64,000 bases of DNA from Octopus bimaculoides (lineage: Eukaryota). This document shows, piece by piece, positions 52,791-64,000 of this stretch (positions are counted from its first letter, which is position 1; the number at the start of each line of letters is the position of its first letter). The position numbers were made by a program, and so were the translations under genes. Under the pieces are notes generated by a model. That model saw only the letters and a list, made by a program, of their open reading frames with translations, did no database searches and was not told the DNA's origin. Location: positions 93,586,556 through 93,650,555 of the forward strand of contig NC_068987.1 of the NCBI RefSeq assembly GCF_001194135.2. Direction: 5' to 3'.

Positions 52791-54615
52791 AAGATAAATA
52801 AATGATGGCTGCAATTCGATTTCAAGCACTGTCATGGCTTGCTTGTTCTCTTAAAATTGAATAACTCGGATGTGATTAGAAACCCACAGTCATTTGCGCA
52901 GATATGGTACGGATGGGCGCCTCTTGCAGTCGGTGATCCTGAGAACTAACCACCCACACGAACACATGGCTTTATCCATTCACGGAATTTTTCATTGAAC
53001 GTTTTGGCTTCTTCAGTTACGGCCAGTCATAGTAAGCATCACACAAGAGAGATGTTAAAATTCAAGCGCTGCTCTGTGCAGACGGTGAATCTCACTTTCT
53101 AAGCAACGTTTGTATTTTTCCCGAAAGAACACCCAATCTACATCATTGGAGGCAAACGAATTCCCAGGTATTAAACCAGTTTTCTGATAGAAACTTGTCT
53201 AGATAAAGACAAGCCTCCTCCAACGGGTATCTCTCGCAATACCAAGAAGCAATGATATTCCACACAAGATATATATAGAAGTTTATACTGGAACGCTTTC
53301 GCCAATATTCATCATTGTAAATAATTATAAATTCGAAAAGTTTTCAAATGTTACGAAATTTAGAAAAATCATCTATGCATTCATTTATATGCGTTTAAAT
53401 GTGTTTATTCTTCGAAAATAATCAAGCATTATGATCTATGAATCAAAATGTTCATCTTTAAAATATTTGAAACATCGTAATAAATTAGCAGTCTGATTGT
53501 TTTATGTTTATTCTTATTGCTTATACGCTGAAACTATTTAGGTATTGTGCTCTGTGAATGAGACATATAAATTCTATAATATTTGAAATATATTCAAACA
53601 TTATGACTAAAATTAGTGGTACAATTTATAGATCATAAAATCTGAATATTTTAGAAATACAAAAAATTTAAATATGAAACTATAAACTGATAAGATATAT
53701 TTTATTTTCCATAATATTTAAAACTTCGTCCATTTAATTTTGGAATTTTAATACCGGCAGCTTTCCAAATATATACTCTTTCACGTTTTTTGTCTGTATA
53801 TTCCCCGACATATATGTGCACACACATAAACGTACACGCACGTACACAGACACACACACACTCACATACATACTCATACATACGCACATACACACAAACG
53901 CACGCATACACACATACACGTGTATGCATATATTTTGAGAAAAGAGAGTTGTATGTTTGTGGGATGGATGAAAGTGAGAAAGCGATAGAGGAAAGGAAAA
54001 CATTTCTGTCCATGACACTAACACAACCATACAACTACCACTCAATGACAGTTTTCAGCTGTTCTGCCTCTCCTTTTCAACAGATTCTGCTTTTCTATTG
54101 CTTGCATCGTTCGCTATTTATTTGTATTTCTCTACAAAGGATGGCAACTATTCCTTAAGATATGACATCCTGGCTTCACGACAAACCGAAGTACATCAAC
54201 ACTTATAGACAGAAGTTGAAAATTCCCTGCATATTACGACTAATGTTTCATGTGCATTTAGCAATCATCAGTTGGGAAGAGAAATTCTTTGAGTGAACCA
54301 TTTTTATTCTAACACTGTATGGTAAACAAAATTTTGTAAATCGAAAGAATGAACCCACCCGCACCACACCCACATGCATACACACGCACTTACACACACA
54401 CACACACAGATACATAATTATCATGAAAGAACTCCTGTCCCATCTGTTTATAAAAAACAAGGACACCATTCATTAGCATCGACGAAATTTACAATAACAT
54501 CAAGTACTATAGGGTTGGGAAGCGCAGTGAAGAATATTCTATTCTCCAGTAATGTCTACGAAACATAACTGAAACAGCAGGTTTCTGGTGGAATCAATTA
54601 TACGCATGCGCGCAT

Positions 54616-54718
<103 letters not shown>

Positions 54719-54823
54719 CACATATCAAATAAGCATAAAACAAAAGCGGTATTCAATACTTTACAGGACTTGAATGCATTCCAGGATCGAACACCTGTCT
54801 TCTGATTATTACTGTCTAAATTT

Positions 54824-55015
54824 CAGAGTCGTAAGCCGGACAAATTGCTTGGCGGCATTTCGTCCGTTTTCACGTTCTACGTTCAGATTCTGGTGATGTT
54901 GGTTGATATGCATTTCATCCTTTCGGGGCCGATAAAATAAGTGAAACAGTGGGATCGATATATTCGATTAGTCCCCTCCCCTAAAATTTCAAGCCTTGTC
55001 TCAAGAGTAGAGAGG
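54824..55015 (+). mobile_element. SINE family B, head slightly eroded
   Basis: GCGGCATTTCGTCCG...TTTCATCCTTTCGGGGCCGATAAAATAAG...AGAGAGG followed by (ATT)n at 55016-55048. Confidence 0.8.
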
Positions 55016-55048
<33 letters not shown>

Positions 55049-55592
55049 GAGAGACAGTGCATGCCAACAAAGTGTCACTGGAGTAAAATATACGAATCCC
55101 ACTATACCCCCCATGACTAGCCATCTGATTAGAGTACACCAGGCACATGCTTCACAGCCATATGTGTTGTGCGACATGGTGAACTCCTGTCAAGATAAAC
55201 TGCACATGACCTTGCAAAAGAGCCCAGTTACAATTCTCTTCAGGTCGAGTAATCCATCCCGCTCAAAAGGTTCCTGGATAAGGGTTGTTTAAAGATGTTG
55301 CACGAAACACCCATGTTTCCAGAGGTGAATTATTCAAACTCCAAAGAATTCTTCTCAACACATGGCTATGATGCTTCCCCACTACTTCCGCTCGTGATCA
55401 GAGATGAACATATTGTCAGCCACTAAGGGACATGCTCAACTGGTTAAGGCCAAACAACTGACAAGCAAATCTGTGGTATTAAGCAGAACATATGCTGTAG
55501 CCCATCGTTTATACCAATACAAAACAATGTACGTGATAACACTGCCAGTCAGTTAAGATCAAAAGCCATGGGAGCCATTGTCTGCTACTGCA
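55049..55592 (-). mobile_element. Family D retroposon, tail-to-tail with SINE-B
   Basis: Reverse-complement homology to 33640-34199; shares the 55016-55048 (ATT)n array with SINE-B. Confidence 0.85.
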
Positions 55593-55666
55593 TTTTCATT
55601 TGTCACAAAAAGTCACTTAAAGAAATTCATCACAGTAATGAAGACTTGGGAATCCAAAATTTCAGG

Positions 55667-55710
<44 letters not shown>

Positions 55711-55712
55711 AT

Positions 55713-56090
55713 GGAGGCGCAATGGTCCAGTGGTTGGGGAGGTGGACTCGCGGTCATAGGATCACTGTTTCGATTCCCAGACCCGGCGTTGAGTGTTTAT
55801 TGAGCTGAAATACCTAAAAGCTCCATGAAGGTCCCGCAGGGTGCGGTGGCAAACCCTGCTGTACTCTTTCACAACTTTCTCTCACTCTTTCTTGCTGTTT
55901 CTGTTGTACCTTTATTTCAAAGGGTCAGCCTTGTCACACTCTGTGTCACGCTGAATCTCCCCGAGAACTACGTTAAAGGTACACGTATCTGTGGAATGCT
56001 CAGCTACTTGCACGTTAATTTCACGAGCAGGCTGTTCCGTTGATCGGATCAACTGGAACCCTGGTCGTCGTAACCGACGGAGTGCCACGT
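55713..56090 (+). mobile_element. tRNA-derived SINE family E, full length, inserted in TG/TA repeats
   Basis: A-box-like TGGTCCAGTGGTT, B-box-like GTTTCGATTCC, body of about 300 bp, end GTCGTCGTAACCGACGGAGTGCC followed by (TA)n. Confidence 0.8.
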
Positions 56091-56091
56091 C

Positions 56092-56168
<77 letters not shown>

Positions 56169-56839
56169 CATACACACACACGTATGTATGTATGTATGTA
56201 TGTAAGTATGCATGTATGTTTGTAACTATATATGTATGTTTGTAGCTATATATGTAGTTATGTATGAAATACATTCAGATGTAGATATCAATTATTTACC
56301 AAGTTATCCGTTTAAAAACACAAACAGACATTTTACATCAAACGGAAACTTGAACCTGCTCTCATATATCTTTCAATATAGAAGTTGTTTGTGGCGGATT
56401 TACTGACAAAATAATCATTTTGTAAGAGCATTTGTTTCGAGCTAAACTTTGATTGTTGTATAACGATGTGACTAATGGACACTTGGATAGAAGTCAATGC
56501 GTTCAATCTTGGCTGAGAACGGCTTGCAGAAAACACAAAGAAACACTCCGGCAAGCAAGCATTGAAATATTCGGTGCGCGACTAAGTGGAAGGGAGCCAC
56601 ACAGTTCAGTTGTTGAGAAGGAAAATAAAAAAGATTAAAAAATGCGATGGATCAATTTAGCGCAAGTGAATGAAAATTTCGTAAGATCAAAGAAAATATT
56701 ATCAATGCTAGAAGTTGAATAAAAATAAAACCTAAAGCTGAGTGAAGGTAAAAGTGCTATTGATATTTAGGTCTGTACGCGTTTGAGTGCATGTCTATGT
56801 TTGTGTGTGTGTGAGTGAGTGAGTGAGTGAGTGAATAAA

Positions 56840-56890
<51 letters not shown>

Positions 56891-57732
56891 CTTTGTGTAA
56901 AGTAAAAGGTGGATGCATTTGTCCATTAGTAAAATGGTTTTCTTCAATAAGAACATATCCTAAGATATTCCTCATCACCATCACCAACACTTCCATCAGA
57001 CACAGTATTATTATTTATACAAAAAAGCGTCTGCATCATTTAATCATCATCATCGCCATAATTATCACATGTCTCCACCATGATCCGCATAATTCTCCTC
57101 TGCCTCCTCCTCATCATCATCAGTAGCAGCAGCAGCAACACTACAGCCCTGGCCACCTCCACCATCACCACCAATATTATGATCTTTGTGGCAGAGTTGA
57201 CAATCAACTAAACTCTTCAGATTTTGGTTTCAATTCCAAGCATGAAATAATGTGGACAACCAAGATTAGAACACCTACCCGTTCACCCGCAAACCCACCC
57301 CAGACGAGGCAATGGATTCCTATATTGCCCTCTGTTGAAGTGATTTTTGCATTTCAGTCTTCCCAAGATCGACAAAATATCTACCAATATTTTTATATCG
57401 AGATCGATTAAATTAATCCCCGTATATATTGATACACATAAAAAATGTCCTTGTCCCTACCGCACCACGACTGAAATCAATACTGCACTGACATAAAATA
57501 TGGGATACAAGAAATAAAATATGTTTTACTTTTCTATAATTTCACGCCTTGGAATGTTGGGGGCGCCCATATTGAAGCTGGTCTGGTTCTTATTTTATCG
57601 TCTCTGCTTGTGAAATCGTTAATCTGTGAGGCTTTGATAATATAATCGAACGGTTTTTACACCTGTAGGAATATAATAACGAGTACGGAGACATACACAC
57701 CCGTATGAATCAAATTATATACGTGCATGCAT

Positions 57733-57890
57733 GTGCGTAGCGGTTGAGTAAGAAGCTTGCTTCCCAACCACATAGATCCGGGTTCAGTCCCATTGTGTGG
57801 AACCTTCTGCAACCGATTTCTGCTATAGACCCCGCCCAACCAGACACGTGAGTGGATTTGTTAAACGGAAACTGAAAGAGGTCCGTCGTT
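57733..57890 (+). mobile_element. SINE family A 5' half
   Basis: AAGAAGCTTGCTTCCCAACCACATAGATCCGGGTTCAGTCCC...GTGAGTGGATTTGTTAAACGGAAACTGAAAGAGG, followed by (TA)n and a gap. Confidence 0.85.
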
Positions 57891-57925
<35 letters not shown>

Positions 57926-58124
57926 NNNNNNNNNNNNNNNNNNNNNNNNNNNNNNNNNNNNNNNNNNNNNNNNNNNNNNNNNNNNNNNNNNNNNNNNNNN
58001 NNNNNNNNNNNNNNNNNNNNNNNNNNNNNNNNNNNNNNNNNNNNNNNNNNNNNNNNNNNNNNNNNNNNNNNNNNNNNNNNNNNNNNNNNNNNNNNNNNNN
58101 NNNNNNNNNNNNNNNNNNNNNNNN

Positions 58125-58172
<48 letters not shown>

Positions 58173-58322
58173 TGTATGTATGCATGAATATATCTATCTA
58201 TCTAGCTAGCTATCCATATACTTTATAATTATAAAAGCTGCCAAAACATCACAAGCATATCCCATACATACATACATACATACAAACATATATACAATCA
58301 TCGCACGCACGCACGCACACAC

Positions 58323-58387
<65 letters not shown>

Positions 58388-59127
58388 AATGTGTGTGTAT
58401 GTTAATCTGTGTGTGTGTTCATGTGTGGAGTGTGATTGTGTGTTTGTTTACATTAAACATTTTCAGTAAAAGAGTTAGGGTAGAATTTGGTTGGGGATTT
58501 GTGTTCCGTATCGACATAACATGAGAATCGACACTTGAGAGCCTGTCATTTGATAGATGTGCAAGAACACATTAGATGGCTTACTATTGAACAAGCAATG
58601 ATCAGTCGTATAAAGAAGAGATAATCTTGAGTGGAAAGTATTTCATCTTAGATAGGTTTTCATCAAAGCCATGAATCATCAACAACGAGACGACACAACA
58701 ACTACAACAACAAAAACTACAATAATTCCAGCAATGTATTAACAATAAAATAATGATAATATTTCTAATAGTTTTCTCAATACGTATTGATATTTCCATT
58801 AAGACGAAATATTTATCAATTTTACAGAGATCGCATTGATTTGTTTCTTTTAATATAAGACCTGAGTAGTTCGATGACGATTGACCCTTCAACATCCAAG
58901 TACTGTCGTTCATTATACGACTGTATAATACGTCGAGTTTATATTTATCAGAGTTTATATTTATCATACATACACACATAAAAACACACACTTATATACA
59001 TATATATATTTATATATATATATAAAGTATGAGTCAAAAGAAAGAGTAAGTACGGTTAGGAAGCGTTTTAATCAACTGACATACATACATACATACATAC
59101 ATACATACATTTTTTTTTTCTTTTTTA

Positions 59128-60190
59128 AGTTTCAGCTTAGAGCTGCGGCCATGCTGATGCACCACCATGTTGCTACACTATGTGGCATTTGGTGAAGAAT
59201 GGAGTTTGATTTAGCAACCCTCATTTGCACCTCCTGCCGCGAGGTAGGTTCATCTGGGACTCTCGATAGGAAGAGGTCCAGCTTTGATTTAAAAACCCCT
59301 ACATCTACTTTGTGCAGATTCCTCAGGCTCTTTGGCAGAATATTAAAAAGCTTTGGGCCCCTGAATCCCAAGCTGTTGCAGTAACTGGTCNNNNNNNNNN
59401 NNNNNNNNNNNNNNNNNNNNNNNNNNNNNNNNNNNNNNNNNNNNNNNNNNNNNNNNNNNNNNNNNNNNNNNNNNNNNNNNNNNNNNNNNNNNNNNNNNNN
59501 NNNNNNNNNNNNNNNNNNNNNNNNNNNNNNNNNNNNNNNNNNNNNNNNNNNNNNNNNNNNNNNNNNNNNNNNNNNNNNNNNNNNNNNNNNNNNNNNNNNN
59601 NNNNNNNNNNNNNNNNNNNNNNNNNNNNNNNNNNNNNNNNNNNNNNNNNNNNNNNNNNNNNNNNNNNNNNNNNNNNNNNNNNNNNNNNNNNNNNNNNNNN
59701 NNNNNNNNNNNNNNNNNNNNNNNNNNNNNNNNNNNNNNNNNNNNNNNNNNNNNNNNNNNNNNNNNNNNNNNNNNNNNNNNNNNNNNNNNNNNAGCACGAA
59801 TGTCCTCCAGAGGATCATCATGGTTTCCTTATCTCTGGTTCTGAATGTTCTCAGGATCCATCCAGCCAATCGTCTGCACTTTGTTGCCATCCTGGTAATG
59901 TGCACTTGGAAAGAGGTATCATCACTCATGTCGATACCCAGGTCTCTCACTGATTTAGGCTCTGGGATTGAAATTCCCTGCGGACCAGTGTACTCGGTAT
60001 GTTTCATATTCCGCTTTGGACGTTGGTAGCGCAGGGCTTGGGATTTTTCAGCATTAAACTGCATATTATTGTCCTCAGCCCATCTGTAAACTGAGTCCAA
60101 TTCCTGCTGCTGGTGTGCAACATCACTGGAGTTCTGTATTTTCTGCGAGACTTTTGTATCGTCTGCGTAGCTTGCAAGAGTGGCATACTC
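59128..60190 (-). mobile_element. 5'-truncated CR1-group (CR1/L2 superclade) LINE: RT C-terminal half plus intact 3' tail, interrupted by an N-gap
   Basis: Minus-strand translation: ATLASYADDTK (YADD at 60158-60169)...LDSVYRWAEDNNMQFNAEK...VRDLGIDMSDD...HITRMATKCRRLAGWILRTF; after the gap (59391-59792) NSLGFRGPKLFNILPKSLR...FKSKLDLFLSRVPDEP...SNSILHQ. Ends in an A-rich tail (T-run 59110-59126 on +) and (TATG)n. Clade assignment is from motif recall. Confidence 0.9.
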
Positions 60191-60884
60191 GTCTAAGTAT
60201 AGGTGGTTTCGCNNNNNNNNNNNNNNNNNNNNNNNNNNNNNNNNNNNNNNNNNNNNNNNNNNNNNNNNNNNNNNNNNNNNNNNNNNNNNNNNNNNNNNNN
60301 NNNNNNNNNNNNNNNNNNNNNNNNNNNNNNNNNNNNNNNNNNNNNNNNNNNNNNNNNNNNNNNNNNNNNNNNNNNNNNNNNNNNNNNNNNNNNNNNNNNN
60401 NNNNNNNNNNNNNNNNNNNNNNNNNNNNNNNNNNNNNNNNNNNNNNNNNNNNNNNNNNNNNNNNNNNNNNNNNNNNNNNNNNNNNNNNNNNNNNNNNNNN
60501 NNNNNNNNNNNNNNNNNNNNNNNNNNNNNNNNNNNNNNNNNNNNNNNNNNNNNNNNNNNNNNNNNNNNNNNNNNNNNNNNNNNNNNNNNNNNNNNNNNNN
60601 NNNNNNNNNNNNNNNNNNNNNNNNNNNNNNNNNNNNNNNNNNNNNNNNNNNNNNNNNNNNNNNNNNNNNNNNNNNNNNNNNNNNNNNNNNNNNNNNNNNN
60701 NNNNNNNNNNNNNNNNNNNNNNNNNNNNNNNNNNNNNNNNNNNNNNNNNNNNNNNNNNNNNNNNNNNNNNNNNNNNNNNNNNNNNNNNNNNNNNNNNNNN
60801 NNNNNNNNNNNNNNNNNNNNNNNNNNNNNNNNNNNNNNNNNNNNNNATATATATATATATATATATATATATAAACATTGTTTA

Positions 60885-61232
60885 TCTTTTGTTTCAGTCA
60901 TTAGAGTGAGACCATGCTGGAGCAGCACCTTGAAGAATTTTTAGTCGAATGAATCGACCCCAGTATGTTTTTTAAGCCTCGTATATATTTATCATTCCGT
61001 TTTGCTAGACTGCTACGTTATTGGTCCGTAAACATACCAACAGCGGTTGCCAAGTTGTGGTGTGAGACAGACACAGTACCACAGGCTTTGTTCTGTTACT
61101 GTCTATCAAATCCCTTCAGAAGGAATTGGTGACCCCAAAGCTATTGCAGAAGACACTTGCTCTGCCCAACATTCTACAGTCTCACTGAATCTGGAGCCAT
61201 GTGTTTGGCAAGGAAGCGTTTCACTAGAAAAT
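60885..61232 (-). mobile_element. SINE family A, degenerate near-complete copy
   Basis: Reverse complement shows the head (CCAAACACATGGCTCCAGATTCAG), the core (GATTTGATAGACAG) and the tail CCAGCATGGTCTCACTCTAATGACTGAAAC. Confidence 0.75.
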
Positions 61233-61599
61233 TTGTCATAATAGCTAATGATGATGTTGTCCAACCTCCGGTTTTAATGCCCAGGGTAAAACCTGTTACT
61301 GGGATAGGATCTAGTGGATCCATAATACTGTATTCCTTGAATGGTATATATTAATGTGTGTGTGTTTGTGTATGTGCGGGATTGGATGTGTTCGTAAGTG
61401 CGTATATATGTATTTTTCTTTGTGTTTTATTTCAGTTCCTAAGAGAGTTCAAACCGGTTGCTAATAGAATGAGAAATTATTCCGAGTCAAGAGATTCGCC
61501 GGTGTTTGTAAGTAAGCGATTGTGATGGTTGTCAGTTGAATTGTTGATGCAGACATACGGATGAGCGTGCATCTATTCATCAAGAAAATATTAGATAGA

Positions 61600-62158
61600 T
61601 AATCTTTGGATTCTCTAGCAAATCTTCAATGAGCTGCTAATAGTTTGGACGTAGAAATACTTGGTTTCACGGGAAAAGAGTAAAGGAAACTGACGCGGAT
61701 TATCTAAGTTTTGGGGCAAACTTGTTGGTACATAACTCAATGCACCTTTGATAATAGGTACAAATTAGAATTCATAGTCAGCACGAGTGCTCTACGTTCT
61801 GCATTCATTCGCCATGCATGGTCTATTTTCCTCGGTGTTTGATTGTAGATTCACATCCGCTGGTCAGCTGAACTCTGCAACAAGGGCATGACTTTTGTAC
61901 CTTGTTTCAAAGCACAATATCATATCTGCTATGTTTGCACCGAATTATAATTTCTTTTCTCTTTTTTTTAATAGTATTCCCTCAGTATTCCTTATTTTTA
62001 AATGTGTGAGTATACGTTGGTCCTCACAGTCCTCAAGAGAATCATCCTTCCTGAGAATAGCATTGTAGATAGCTTTTGTAACAATATTATGCCTAGGAGG
62101 CTGGTAGGATATTTTGGGGCAGCTGCTGATGATGTGGGTAATATCTTTGGTCGTATAT

Positions 62159-62190
<32 letters not shown>

Positions 62191-62262
62191 ACTCTCTCTC
62201 TCTTTCTTTCTCTCTCTCACTCTCTCTCTCTCTCTCTCTCTATCTCTCATTTTTCTCTCTCT

Positions 62263-62346
<84 letters not shown>

Positions 62347-62540
62347 TTCTCTCTCTAGCAAATATTTATCACCTATTCCCGAATAGCAGAAGCATATCGT
62401 TCTAAGTGAGATATACGCAATGTATCCCAAGTCTAGAGGACGGTAATTTTTCTTTCAATGTTATCTTCTATCCTATGGGATACGTAACTATACATTGTAT
62501 TTTCCTGCTATGGTGCGTGCTTCTCCTCCAAGATTCTGTT
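61600..62540 (-). mobile_element. Degenerate R4/Dong-like LINE copy related to 51310-52790, split by a (CT)n tract
   Basis: Minus-strand pieces TMYSYVSHRIED, SHLERYASAIRE, KYLL | microsatellite | KDITHIISSCPKIS...RHNIVTKAIYNAILRKD, RCKHSRYDIVL, FVPIIKGALSYVP are collinear with the 51.3-52.7 kb copy. Confidence 0.75.
62160..62357. repeat. (CT)n-rich tract inside a LINE remnant
   Basis: Direct reading. Confidence 0.95.
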
Positions 62541-62769
62541 TAGGATGGCTAATCCAGCGTCCTTTGTGCGCACATGTATGTATATGCACATGGATGTATG
62601 GATGTTGCTTCTTTGAGTTTAATTTAAGTTCTTGAAAAGGTTCAACTCGGTCGCGAAATAAGCGACAAAACCTTTTTGGGTGAAGAGAATTCCCGGTGTT
62701 TGTAAATGTGTTTGAATTCGTGTCTTACTCGAACGGCTGATGCAAGTGTGTGCATCTGTTCACAAAAGA

Positions 62770-63005
62770 CTCTCACATTGAGAATTTTTGGAATTTTCAC
62801 AGTGCCACTATAGATTGGATTTAGAGAATCTTTTTCCGTGAGATTGAGTATTTCTAGTTATTTGTTTGTGCAAATGTTTTGGTACAAAACCTAATGCAAT
62901 TATGATGATAGGTACAAGTGCGATTTCATAACCAGGGTACAAGAACTGAAAGTTCCGCATTAATTCGCTATAAATGTTCTCTTTTATTCTTCGACATTTC
63001 ATATG
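62770..63005 (-). mobile_element. R4/Dong-like LINE C-terminal fragment
   Basis: KENIYSELMRNFQFLYPGYEIALVPIIIIALGFVPKHL matches KEDIYGQLLRNLQLLYPDYEFIFIPIIIGALGFVSKCL at about 52450-52565. Its 5' side abuts a SINE-A. Confidence 0.8.
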
Positions 63006-63010
63006 TATGC

Positions 63011-63165
63011 TTGCATGGCTGCGTGCTGGAGGTTCCATTGCCAATCCCATGGTTCTGCTTTTAGTGCCATGGTGTGGAAACTCGGTCAAGCATCTTCTAT
63101 AACTCCGAAGCGACCAAAGCGTTATAAATGAGTGGATTTGGTAGATGGAAAATATCCGAAGCCTG

Positions 63166-63167
<2 letters not shown>
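63011..63167 (+). mobile_element. SINE family A degenerate 5' half
   Basis: GCATGGCTGCGTG...CCCATGGTTCTG...GACCAAAGC...GAGTGGATTTGGTAGATGGAAA, followed by (CA)n. Confidence 0.7.
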
Positions 63168-63207
<40 letters not shown>

Positions 63208-64000
63208 ACACGCACGCGGGCACGGGCGCGCGCGGGAAGCAAGCCTACACCGCTAATATGCGCGCTAACAGATTACATCAAACTAATCACTCGAGAATTC
63301 CCTGTTAGATTTAAGGAATATTATTTCATTGCGTTGCGTAAACAAATGTATTCGTATTCTCGGTTAAATGAAGAGACGGAGATGAGTGTAAGCAGACAAA
63401 CATTCGATTCTCTCGCGTTCTAAAATCCGCTTTTTTCTATCGCGGGATTATATGCCCTAACAATAAACTATATTCTTAGCCAATACACAGTGAACGCTTA
63501 TAAGCTTAAAGTTTATGATCATTTACAGAAGTTTCATTCATCAGCTTTTCCTCATTTAACACNNNNNNNNNNNNNNNNNNNNNNNNNNNNNNNNNNNNNN
63601 NNNNNNNNNNNNNNNNNNNNNNNNNNNNNNNNNNNNNNNNNNNNNNNNNNNNNNNNNNNNNNNNNNNNNNNNNNNNNNNNNNNNNNNNNNNNNNNNNNNN
63701 NNNNNNNNNNNNNNNNNNNNNNNNNNNNNNNNNNNNNNNNNNNNNNNNNNNNNNNNNNNNNNNNNNNNNNNNNNNNNNNNNNNNNNNNNNNNNNNNNNNN
63801 NNNNNNNNNNNNNNNNNNNNNNNNNNNNNNNNNNNNNNNNNNNNNNNNNNNNNNNNNNNNNNNNNNNNNNNNNNNNNNNNNNNNNNNNNNNNNNNNNNNN
63901 NNNNNNNNNNNNNNNNNNNNNNNNNNNNNNNNNNNNNNNNNNNNTATATATATGAAATAGTAATGTTGAGATAAACCAATAAAACTGGCATTTATATGAA

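Noticed and set aside
60847-60928. Apparent N-terminus of the 598-aa ORF 59132-60928
   Set aside because: It derives from a SINE-A tail and (TA)n joined to the LINE through N-gaps; the ORF is chimeric.

Overview
Eukaryotic, AT-rich, repeat-saturated draft-assembly DNA with 22 N-gaps (about 7.8 kb). From my recollection of cephalopod repeat families (not database-checked) it is most likely a coleoid cephalopod, probably Octopus. I find no convincing host protein-coding gene, rRNA, true tRNA or CRISPR array. Nearly all ORFs in the track are microsatellite or N-gap read-through, or decayed transposon coding remnants. The window contains four tRNA-derived SINE families (my labels A, B, C, E), an (AAT)n-tailed retroposon (D) and a bipartite dispersed repeat (F). 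It also holds a 5'-truncated CR1-group LINE, several R4/Dong-like RLE-LINE fragments, maT/DD37D-like, mariner and Tigger/pogo remnants, and MITEs. The most interesting signals are: (1) the CR1-group LINE and SINE-A share a 3' tail whose terminal stem-loop shows compensatory base changes; (2) minimal type-I hammerhead-ribozyme-like motifs occur in inverted pairs at about 41.0 kb and in both arms of a foldback element at about 24.7-24.9 kb; (3) SINE-B sits in a fixed orientation within (AAT)n/(ATT)n arrays and builds stacks of retroposons; (4) a pre-miRNA-like hairpin lies at about 9.9 kb.
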